In this document: positions 1-10,687 of the stretch, piece by piece
How positions within the stretch are numbered: the stretch's first letter is position 1
How the letters are laid out: every line of letters begins with the position of its first letter
Source: Trichosphaerium sp. ATCC 40318
Taxonomy: Eukaryota; Protista; Tubulinea
Assembly: GCA_038496445.1 (NCBI GenBank)
Contig: JALMLS010000204.1
Span: 186,001-250,000, forward strand
Direction: 5' to 3'
Length of the DNA stretch: 64,000 nucleotides
The notes under the pieces: model-generated
The model's database searches: none
What the model was told of the DNA's origin: nothing
Seen by the model: the letters and a program-made list of their open reading frames with translations, nothing else
Position numbers and translations under genes: made by a program

Positions 1-569
1 TCCCAATGTTCCTACTTTGGTACTCTCTTGCGTTTCATTCTTTCTAACATTAGTTTTATTCAGGTAGCGAATGGTCGTACTACTACACATCTCGAATACA
101 TCCTGACGACTCCCGTTGGACAAAGCATAGATAAACAAGGAATAACACCAAGTTTTGTTGATTTGGTAAACACTTTAGAACAGTTACACACAAACGGATT
201 TGTTCACAGGTACCTGTTGGTTCTTTTTTCAACATACTTATTGGTATGTAAAGGGACATAAGTATTGATAATATTGTTGTACATAACAACAAATGTGTAT
301 TAATAGACTGGGGAACAGCAATAAAGACAAACTTAAGGACAGAGTTTGAAGGTAGTACATTCTTTGGTTGTAAGGAAGTACACTTCAACATTCACAAAAA
401 ATTTGTTTACTTGCCTTCCTACGATCTCATGTCTCTTGTCCGTGTATTTGCAATGACAGGACAGTACAAACACAAAATGTCAGAACTCAATTCATTTCAT
501 GCTGAAGTGGAATGGGATGAGGGACACCTGGCAAATCAACAAGCGTTCATAGATTTCACAAGACATTGA
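1..569 (+). pseudogene. 3' part of a Crinkler-type protein kinase gene (paralog of 1166-3225), truncated by a 14-nt deletion; 5' part lies outside the window
   Basis: Spliced reading (introns about 20-63 and 210-253) gives GFVHRDISIDNIVVHNNKCVLIDWGTAI, a kinase catalytic loop plus DWG motif. Relative to the minus-strand copy it lacks GGATACACTTCTTG, which creates TGA at 567-569. Homology continues out of frame to about 727. Confidence 0.7.
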
Positions 570-1858
570 TGCTAATTTTACTGATGCTTATAAACTAGCA
601 TCAGCGCTTGACTACCAAGGCTTGAGGCAGTTTTTTAGTCAAAGACAATGCCTAGCACTTGTGCCATTTAGGATCAATGCATAGATAGTGACATTACAAC
701 AATAAAAGTACGAAAAGTGTAATGCAATAAAAACAACCTTGTTTTGTGGTAAAAGTCTTGATATGTAATAAATGCCGTTGAACAGTTGAACACTTTCTCA
801 CTTAATTGTGCGTCTAAATAAGGAGAAGCGACAAACGGGATAGTTAACAGAATTGATGGGTTACTACATCATCATGAAACGTTGACGTGTGAAGGTTCAC
901 ATAGTGCTACTCTTTAGTAACTGAACGTCTTGTAGGTCTGATGAAACATGGAAGTTTTAGAATAGCCTGGCATCAGTACAACACTGTACACTTTCGCAGG
1001 TTAAATAAACAAAAAGAAATGTGAACACACCAGCAGTATTAGTAATTTCTTTCAACTTGATAAGTTTCAAGAACAGATTACATACATGTAAAATAGATAT
1101 TGTATCCAGTAGTCTTTTTTTACTTTACTATTCAGTGCATTACATGTTATTGTTGTCATGTACTATCATAGCTGCTTGAACGGAACCAGCGCTAGGCATT
1201 GGGTATGAGTAAAAAACTGCCTCAAGCCTTGGTAGTCAAGCGCTGATGCTAGTTTATAAGCATCAGTAAAATTAGCATCAAGAAGTGTATCCCAATGCCT
1301 TGTGAAATCTATGAACGCTTGTTGATTTGCCAAATGGGCAAATCTCCAATCCACTTCAGCATGAAATGAATTGAGTTCTGACATTTTGTGTTTGTACTGT
1401 CCTGTCATTGCAAATACACGGACAAGAGACATGAGATCGTAGGAAGGCAAGTAAACAAATTTTTTGTGAATGTTGAAGTGCACTTCCTTACAACCAAAGA
1501 ATGTACTACCTTCAAACTCTGTCCTTAAGTTTGTCTTTATCGCTGTTCCCCAGTCTATTAATACGCACTGTTTGTTGTGTACAACAATATTATCAATGCT
1601 TATGTCCCTATTACAATTGAGCCCGATATGTTATAACAAGACACGTGCCTGTGAACAAATCCGTTTGCATGTAACTGTTCTAAAGTGTCTACCAAACCAA
1701 CAAAACTTGGTGTTATTAGCTTTTTATCTAGTGTTTGTCCAGCAGGAGCTGTTACACTGTAGTGGAGCCCTTTGGTGGTTTTACCACTTGCAATCTGACC
1801 AAAAATATAGTAAGCATATTGAGTTAAAAGTAAAGGAGTACCAAAGTAGGGACATTGG
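1..1858. repeat. Inverted (tail-to-tail) duplication, arms about 1-727 and 1137-1858, spacer about 410 bp
   Basis: Bases 301-510 are almost identical to the reverse complement of about 1351-1560. Both arms share intron positions and similar 3' UTR sequence (gatagt..acaacaataa..tgtaatgca). Confidence 0.9.
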
Positions 1859-3225
1859 CTTCATTTATGGCTTTGAGCATATCTATCTCGTGTTTGACTA
1901 CATACTCAGCTAATTTGCTTTTGAAAACTTTGAGAGCCACACAAACACTGTCATTTTCATCAACAATGTATTTCGAGCTTGAGGTGAGCAATGTGTCAGG
2001 GATATCAATGGAGTACACGTTTGCTGTGCCACCCTTGCCAAGGAGTTTATGTGGTATCAAACTTATACCCTGGTGTTGTAAAACAACTGGACTCCAACCC
2101 AAGTTCTCAGGCGAAGAGCTAAGAAAGTGGTTCAACATTTGAGAACCTGATGCATCGTTTGTGGTGTAGTCATATACACTAGAAACACTATAATAGTGAG
2201 ATGCCTCAATGTCATTCCACATCGCTTTAATAAACATGATGTACTTATGGTTCGACAACACACCCCACATAAACTTGCGGTCTGGTAATGCTTTCATGTA
2301 CAATGAAAGAACGTGCCTACAATAATAGTGAGACAAAATATTGTTAGAAATTCGTACATGACTTGTCCTATTTCTTCAGATGTAAAGTACGTTCTATGGC
2401 CGGCTTTTACTTCCCATACAGCCACAGCTTGCATTTCAGACTTGCAATGAATGTTCTTTGCTGTCAATGTAATATCAGGCTTCTTTGAGTCGAGCATGCT
2501 AGGTTTATTTGCTCCCTTTGTACCATCCACATGCATATCATAGTACGACAAAAAAGGTATTTCCAAGCCTTTTAGTATACTCACTACCAACTCTTGTAGC
2601 TTGGACTTTGTGTCTTCAGTATTTATTACATCTTCTTGGTTTGGATCTATTAACACGTCGCTTTGAGGTTTTGTAATACCACAAAATTTAATGAGACAGT
2701 TATCTTCGTCTTTTATGTAAAAGTCTGGTATCTTCATTTTCTTCATGTTGAACTGCTTGTTGCATTTGTAAACACTTTCATAATCTGAATACAAATTAGA
2801 TTACTACACAGATATATTAAGAGAGTGTACCAAGACCCAGTAACTTTGAGAATGTTCTGACACTGCCAAAAAGCCTTTTCAATTCTCTAGCTTCCTCAAG
2901 TATAATGGTATGTTTTTCTTTGTACTTTGTTTCTAGTACTCGATACTGTTCTTTCTGTTTAGCAAGGTTCGTGTAATATTGTTCCTTTAACTCTTTATAT
3001 TTTAACCTGCTTTCTACTGCACTTCTTTTAATACTATCATTCATTGCTCGCAATAATTCCATCACCTCTGGGTCTATGGAGTTGGGCTTTGTAAATGGGT
3101 CTTCATTGTCTGTAGGCTGTTGGGGGTCTCTTCTTTTAACTAGTTTTTCAGGTGAAGAGTCAACAACCTCTGCAACTCTTTGTTAAAAGTAAAGTTAAGA
3201 GTTTCATTTTATGTACCTGACACAT
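1166..3225 (-). CDS. Crinkler/CR-type effector: coiled coil + PD-(D/E)xK restriction-endonuclease-like domain + protein kinase (start uncertain, at least 5 introns)
   Basis: Nuclease motif KKPDITL...VAVWEVK, followed by RKFMWGVLSN. Kinase motifs LLGKGGTANVY, VALK, HEIDML, HRDISIDNI and IDWG, joined across short introns. Stop TGA at 1166-1168. Confidence 0.75.
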
Positions 3226-3663
3226 ACTGTTTGCGTTTTTTTGAAACACGAGTACTCTTTGTTGTTTTGCGCTTGCGTTTCGTTTGTTTGGTTTGTTTTT
3301 TCACAACTTCCTGTTTTTTCTTTGGTGTAGAGTCTGAATACGCTGATTGAGTGGTAAACAAGGGCAACAATAAACAAAGAAAACAAATAGCTTGAACTTA
3401 CTCTCCGTGGCGCTTGTACGTTGATTGCGGGTCATACCTAGCGTTGCATGAATTGGTAGGTCTAAACGACTTTAACGCTGTTGTTCGTACTCCTTGTTAT
3501 TCGTTTACGTTCAGCCATAATTGATTGACGCTGCAGGTTATTTACAGATCCAAAGAAAGACTTTGGTAGGCTAATATTTTCCAGACTTACCTAAAATAGT
3601 AACTGAAATCATTCATTTTACTTGACTGGCACAATTATTGACTCGTACTTTGCCCTGCACAAA

Positions 3664-3948
3664 ATTATGTCTGATACGGGATAACAAGGGACATGCCTGG
3701 AACAAATCCACAATTTATTTAGGCCATTGCAGACACTTGACTGATTGCATAAAAGCGTTAGCAGGCGTTTGTTCTTAAAAGCACAAAAGTAGCATTCAAT
3801 CAATAAATGTCTGTCACCTTACTATTCCTCCCCTGTTCTTTCTGAACTGGGGAATCTCTGTAGCACAAAGGTGACAGACGAAGGTATCAGTGCTCTATGC
3901 TCTTCTCACTTGGTTAGCCAGACTCAAAGATTACAAACGATTTCATAA
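3664..3948 (+). pseudogene. Decayed leucine-rich-repeat gene relic
   Basis: Fragments LGHCRHLTDCIKALAGVCS* and LSELGNLCSTKVTDEGISAL resemble the LRRs of 46617-48269 (INLSCTRVTEKGISALSGVH). They are interrupted by stops and frameshifts. Confidence 0.55.
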
Positions 3949-4068
3949 ACTCAAAACCCTTACTAAATGTCATACGGTGGTATAGATGAACCAGAAGACA
4001 AGAGAGGTTAATAAACGGTCTTTATTTTTTTTTCGCTTTTTTTTTTCTTCAAAAAGCAACCAAGCGCT

Positions 4069-6582
4069 TTAATGACGGTGTTTCTTTGGTGCTGGTTTAG
4101 GGTTCAATTTAATCATATCATCAATTCTCAAAATTGTGATTGCAGCTTCAGTGGCAAATCGAATAGATTTTACCTTGCTGAGACCAGGCTCAACGATACC
4201 AGCCTATAAATAGCGTTAGAATATCAAGTATACAACTGGCTTAAACAAAGAAGAAAATAGACGTACCTTAACAGGATCGATGGCTTTTTGGTTTTTAAGG
4301 TCCAAACCATACATTTTAAACTGTTTCTTGTCATCAGACTTAAGTGCACTGGCGTGCAAAGTGCATAGTTTTGCTACGAGATCTGTGGAATCTACACCAG
4401 CATTGGTAGCAAGCGTCTTTGGGATAACAAGGAGAGCCTTGGCAAACTCTGAAATAGCGAGCTATAAAAAATAAAGTCAGTAAGCAAACAGAACAAGTTT
4501 TTATCGAATTTCTTTCCGTACCTGTTCGCGAGTGCCAATAGTCTTGGCAAATCCACCCAAGTACATTGCAAGAGCTGTTTCAACGGCACCTAAAGAAGAA
4601 TTGTAAGAATTTGAAGCACATACAAAGCAAAATCCAAAAAACAGAAACTTATGTACCTGCACCAGGAACAATAGATCTTGATTCTAGAACACGTTTTACA
4701 GCGCATAGAGAATCGTGTACGGATCGCTCCATTTCTTCAAGCATGTAAGTGTTGGCTCCTCTCAAGATTAGAGAAGAAGACAAGCTGTGCTTGGTGCCCT
4801 AAAAATAAGTGAGTCAATCAATTTATAGCTAACAATAACAATAGAGCTAGAAAAACGATAGGACAACGTACAGATAAAAGAATACATTCGTTATCTCCTA
4901 CGTGAATTTGCTCAACGAGATCAGCAGTACCCAAGCAATCAGCATTGAAAGTGGATCCTTCTTCGTCGTCATCGATCATTTCAAGTACAACACGTGCTAA
5001 AGAACGCTGTTAGATCGAGAGAAAACAATTGGAAAAAAACTTGTGAATGTTTTTTGAGTTCCGTTCCGGAAAGCGAATAAAAGGACCCAAACAGGTACGT
5101 ACCACCAGTACAATCAGCAATACGATTCAAATCTCTGAGTGTAACACGTCTGACGCCCATAGCCTTAGCTTGAACGAGGTATTTTGCGGACAAGTCATCA
5201 AGACCCTTAGATGTGAGGATAACATTAGCGCCTGCGTCGAGGATCTTCTTAATCTTCCTCTTAACCATATCTTGTTCTCTACAATCGATATTAAAAAAAG
5301 AACTTCAAAAAAAAAAGGTCTTTTGAGACGCACTCTTCTTGGATCTTCAACAAGTCTTTTGGTCCCTTCTTGATCTTTACACCGTGAGGTAGAGCAGCCT
5401 TTTTAAGACCGAAGTTGATACAAGCAATCTTTGCGCCTTTAATTTTTTTTGGCATACCTACAACGATGTTGTGAGCGTTTTGTTTTGAAATAACGCTATT
5501 TGTAAAAAAAATATTTACCTTGAGCAGCAACAGTACAGTTCAAAGCAAAGCCTTCTACAAAGATTGATTCCTTTGCGCTCTTTCCTGGAGCTTTAAGGAT
5601 GTGTACAGCGCTAACTGGGTAGGTTGTTCTTCTACCTAGAGGAGTTGTCGTTTAGAAAAATGACTTTTTGATTAAATCTCAAACAGCTATAGCGTACCAT
5701 CTGGTGTGGTCATACCAACACGTTTAATAGCCTTAACAACAAGATCAGAGAAAAATATCTTGTCTGGTCCGATCAATTTTGAGGACATTGAGGTTTGTGC
5801 TACTTGTAACAAGACATCATCGCCAAGACCTTCAACCTAGGTTCGCAGTAATGTTAGTAATGCGTTAAGAGTCATTTTAAGTGTCTTCACGTACAATGAC
5901 TCTCAAATTGTCTCTGATGTATTTGGTGGCTTCTCTCATGGCCATAAGGTACCCACTGATGACTGTTGTAGGGTGGATCTTGTTCTTTACGAGAATATTG
6001 GCGCGCTACGCTCTGTAAGGGAAAATTGGTTGTAAGCGCGGTTTACGTACTCTCAAAAGCTCAGCGGCTACTAAAACTACGCTGGTTGTACCTACGTCGG
6101 GCGTCAGAAAGAGTATCACAAAAAGTTGAAAAAAAAATTTTAAGCGTACCATCACCAACCTCATCGTCTTGGCGTTCGGCAAGTTGAACAAGAACTTTGG
6201 CTGCGGGATGTTCGACTAATAATGAATAAGGCGTTTGCCTGTACGATTTCTACTTTAACCAAGAAATAGGTAGTAACGTAGTGTCGTAGTGGATACGCTT
6301 ACGATTACGTAACAAACGATGTAAAACAAGAATGTACCTTCCAATTTTTTGAGGATGGTGGCGCCATCGTTTGAGATGGTTACATCACCGATTTGATCGA
6401 CAATCATCTTATCCAAGCCAATTGGACCAAGGGACGACTTTAGGATGTTTCCAAGGGACACACACGCGGTAACTAGGTAATTAGAAACAATATCTAGCGT
6501 TTTTGTAAAGCGAACCATTCTGTGTGCGAATGTCTTGGTCCTTTTGTCTCTCTCCGTCAATAATAGATAACAACGACGTCAT
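4069..6582 (-). CDS. TCP1: T-complex protein 1 subunit alpha (CCT1), multi-exon
   Basis: Spliced motifs [65 protein letters not shown] and [12 protein letters not shown]. Ends [15 protein letters not shown] (TAA 4069-4071). Confidence 0.95.
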
Positions 6583-6900
6583 TGGTAATGAAGATTAGTG
6601 CAGCTGTTGACTATGAAGTTACTTTACTCACAAAAAAAAAATTTGCCGGATATTAGGCTGAAATCTAGCTCTTTTTCAAAAGCAGTGAATGAACGCATCA
6701 ATATGTCAACTATGAAAACAGATGTGTAATGTAACAACACAAAAATGGTTTTAGAAACTGCAGTGAGCACTAAAACCTAAAAATGCGACAAATGTGCTGC
6801 TCTACGTTGGGGTGTCAAGTGTAATGACACTGATTTAGCTTGGCGTTTTGAAGGTCAAAGCCAGTAGTTATATTTACTAAACACAATACCGTAACCATCA

Positions 6901-8849
6901 ATGGACAAGATATGCAGACTCCCTAGACCTCCAACACAATTATTCGCAAAAAATAGAACACGACTGTTTGCTGCGCTTGAAAAAAGAGTTACAGGACCGT
7001 TTTTGGTCCATGTAGAAGGTGGTAAACAAAAGCTACGAAACGCTGATGTGGATCTTGTGTTTAGACAAGAGTCTGATTTTCTGTGCGTAGGAGAGTGTTT
7101 AAACGTCGCTAAATACAAAATAGGTGGCTGACAGGTTGCGACTATCCAGATTGCTCCATTGTGCTCGACAGCGTCGGAAAAAAGGTATTACAATGTTTAT
7201 AAACGGTTTGATCAGTAGCAGTTTTCACTTAACTTTCCGCCAAAAGGCTATTCTCTTTGTGCCAAAGCCAGATGAACGCTACGCTGTATGGCACGGTACT
7301 CCTGAAACACTTGAACAGATCAAAAGTAAATTTGGGATTGATGTGTACGCACACTGCGAATTTTTGTAAAAATAAGGCAAGCTAATAACGTCGCAGGCAA
7401 TACGATGAGGATAAGATGAAAATGTTTGGTATGCAAAATAAGATGAGACTCGTTTTAGAGCTATCTGCCAAAGAACCTGCAGGCGTAATGGGTCCAACAA
7501 GTGTCTTGAGAACGTACGTAACAATATTTAGAAGCGTTAAAAGTATTTTAAAGTTTGCATTTGCGCCTTTTTTCTGATTGTATCATCTTAGTGTTATTAA
7601 CGAACTGCGCTCAATAAAAACTGAAGAGGAGATTGCTCTCATGAAGGCCATCTCAAAAGTCAGCAGGTACAGTAAATAGTTTATTAAGGTATCGTAACTG
7701 ACACATGTCATTTAGCGATGCTCATGCTCACGTGATGAAAATTGTTACTCCTGGGTCTTATGAATTTCAATTGGTACATTTTCTTTTCTCACTTTTTTTT
7801 GTTCTGCTCTGGTTCTTCCTTCTTCTTTAACGTATATTAGGAGTCTGAATTTTATAACTATTGCGGTATACGGGGTATGCGCCATCAAGCGTATTTGCCA
7901 ATCGTTGGCGCAGGAAAGAATGGAGCTGTCTTGCATTACATGACGTACATTTATTTTAACGATTTTTTTTGCTTTTTTTTACCTTGTGTTCTTTCGGTTT
8001 AACTTATTTGATAGTAACACCGATGAAATTAAAGACGGCGATTTGGTTCTCATCGACGCAGGCGGTGAATTGAGTGGATATGCATCAGACATCACACGTA
8101 CCGTATTAATTTAGTAACTGTTAGCCTGACTTTTGTTGTAGGTACTTTCCCAGCCAACGGAAAGTTCACACCTCTACAAAAGGAAGTGTACGAAATTGTG
8201 TTGAATTGTCAAAAGAAGTGTATTGAGCGCATAAAGCCAGGACTAGACTTTAACTTGGAACTCAAAGTATTAGCTGAAGAATTCCTACTTGAAGGATTAC
8301 TCAAAGCAGAGTTCATCCAGGTAACAACATTATTTGTAATTATTTGATAGTACAAGTCAAGTTTAGAAGGTTTTCTTATACTGACCACTAGGGTCCAATG
8401 GTCATGCTGAAGAGGAATAAAATAGCTCGTGTATTCATGCCACATGGCTTAGGTCATTTATTGGGATTAGATGTACATGACACATCAATGTATCCTAAGG
8501 TATTGTAGATTGCTTTTTTTTTCATTTTCTAAAAAAATTTCAGGTACCTCTTGCAGAGGGCATGATTGTCACTATTGAGCCAGGTATATATTTTAATGGA
8601 TACTTAATCGATGAGGCTTTCAAGAACGAAGAGGTTGTCAAGTTCTTGAACACAAGTACGGAGCAATCTCACCAAACGCTTTTTCAAAAATAAGCTAACA
8701 AATATCTTTCAGAAAAAATTGAGAAATGCAGAAACTTTGGTGGCATCCGCATTGAAGATGATATTCTTGTAACAAAAGATGGGTATGAAAACCTTACTGT
8801 CATTGCAAAGGAGACATCAGAAATCGAGGCTATAATGGCAAGCACTTAG
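6901..8849 (+). CDS. PEPD: Xaa-Pro dipeptidase (prolidase, peptidase M24B), multi-exon; divergent from TCP1
   Basis: [58 protein letters not shown] and GGIRIEDD metal-site motifs. Stop TAG 8847-8849. Confidence 0.9.
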
Positions 8850-8987
8850 CTTGGCTGTACATCAAAATTGTAAAGTTCATAAAAGCTTTTCGTTTTTTTT
8901 TTTGGAAACTGGCAACGTTGACAGTTAAGCGGAATGGACTGCCGTTGATTTACATATGGCTGTTGTTTCCATGTATAAGGGAGCCTG

Positions 8988-10085
8988 ATGCGGTTATTTA
9001 TTGCCATTAAGACGTTATTTGTGGTGATTGCTGTTAGCAATGCTTTTATTTTCAGAGACGCGTTAGTACATAGACTAGATAGGTTATTAAATCATTTTAG
9101 AAGCGGTTTGAAGGATTGTGACTTGAGCCACACGTCAGACGCCAGAATAAGCGTAGCGTACGTTCTTTACGTTACCACAATGCTTATATCGCGTAGTCAT
9201 CGTATTACACCAATTTTAAACAAGTATGGCGTTGAAATGTCACAAGACTGCCCTTTTCACTCTTCACACGATGTCTTACTCAAAGTACGCCTTCGTAATT
9301 GATTTCTAGCATGTTCTTAAAGTTGATCAGCTGGAACAACTTAAAACTTTCAACAGAAACCGTAAGTTCTGGCGTTGTGATGATTGCAAGCGTGCTTTTA
9401 AAACAGAAGATTATATGAACCAACATTTATTTCGTAAGCACTTCACCTTGAACGCTAAAGTGCGTAATCACGTGTCATTCAATCGACACAAAGATCCTTC
9501 CATACTTCTTCTTTTGGGCGATTTACTTCTTATGTTTGCTATTAGGATCACGGTGCTTGTCTTAGTGACTTCTGTGTAATGCTAAGGTGTCAAACAAAGA
9601 TACCTAAATGGAGGTCCGAGCGTTGTGTTGTGTCAACAATGTCACAGCTAAAAACGCAATGCAATAAGATTGTAAAGAAATGCGTACCTGTCACTTCAAA
9701 AAATCATTTGTTGGCTGAGAGTACGTAATGATATCTGTTAGTAACTATTTAACGCCAGCTTTATAGTTGCTCTAAAGAAGGAGTTATGTGGTCCAATTCG
9801 TTGTGATAATGGCAAGTACCCTGCTATTTTCCTGAAGCCCAGACAAGACACTAGTTACCGACCTATTTATGTCCTTCTTATTACAATTGGCACTCTTTTA
9901 TGTGTGGCGTACTATGGCATCCTATTGTTCATTAGAAGGTAATAATTACATGCACGTCATTATATAGCGCATAGTGCTGACGTTCTTCTAGCGAGATGGC
10001 AACTGATACGTCGCAAATTAGAGGTAGAAAGAAACCATGGTATTCTTCTTTATGCCCACCAAAACACGCGAAAAAAAGGCTGTAA
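8988..10085 (+). CDS. Signal peptide + single C2H2-like finger + Cys-rich region + C-terminal TM protein (plant/protist C2H2-like membrane family)
   Basis: Hydrophobic N-terminus MRLFIAIKTLFVVIAVSNA. Motifs DCPF, WRCDDCKRAFKTEDYMNQHLFRKH and CLSDFCVMLRC. TM segment IYVLLITIGTLLCVAYYGILLFI. Stop TAA 10083-10085. Confidence 0.75.
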
Positions 10086-10587
10086 CGTTTGTTTATGGGC
10101 GCATGGTATCTGATTCAAAAATAATGTACAAATAACACCTTGTGTAGAAGGTATAAAAGCTAATAACGCAACTCAATAGTAGAAGTGATAACTTTTAATT
10201 GGTTGTGCTTTGTTATACGTACACAAAAAAGCACCCATTTATTTGTTGCTCATTAAAACAGGAAAGTGTTGTTTATTGTCTCGCAGCTAATGGTTCAATG
10301 CGTTTATAGTGTTTTGACATTGTATATGAATGTTCTTGCTACCGCCAATACGTTTCGCTTCTTTAGCTCCACTAGCCGCAGTGCGCATGGATACTTGAAT
10401 TTACGCCAAATTTCTTTCCGCTAGTTATTTTGTAAACTTTCGCAACCACAGGAAAGCACAGGCAAGTTTTCGTATTAAATTCCGAAATCCCGTTTAAACG
10501 CACGTGATATAAGCCGTGGGTGTTTTTTCTGGAGTTGTTTACAATTAGAGTTTCGTTTCCTCCAAAACGCTACCATAAATTGCTACC

Positions 10588-10597
10588 GTCACGTGAC
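10588..10597. promoter_or_regulatory. Perfect palindromic E-box GTCACGTGAC about 90 nt upstream of the 10688 start
   Basis: The sequence is seen directly and equals the CLEAR/bHLH-ZIP consensus. A second CACGTG lies at 10501. Function is inferred only. Confidence 0.35.
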
Positions 10598-10687
10598 TAC
10601 AAAATTAACTTCCGACTTTCTCCTATTTGTAAAAAATCATTTTGGACACAATTCTGTATTCACCCGTTTTAATTTACATTTAGTCAC

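Noticed and set aside
567-569. In-frame TGA as selenocysteine or readthrough
   Set aside because: It is fully explained by a 14-nt deletion relative to the paralog, and the downstream homology is in another frame.
1-1858. Inverted repeats as transposon terminal inverted repeats
   Set aside because: The arms are spliced kinase coding sequence pointing toward each other around a 410-bp spacer with no transposase. This is a gene duplication.
83-1913. ORF-track proteins 83-391(-) and 1470-1913(+) sharing MLKCTSLQPKNV
   Set aside because: They are antisense shadows of the duplicated kinase exon.
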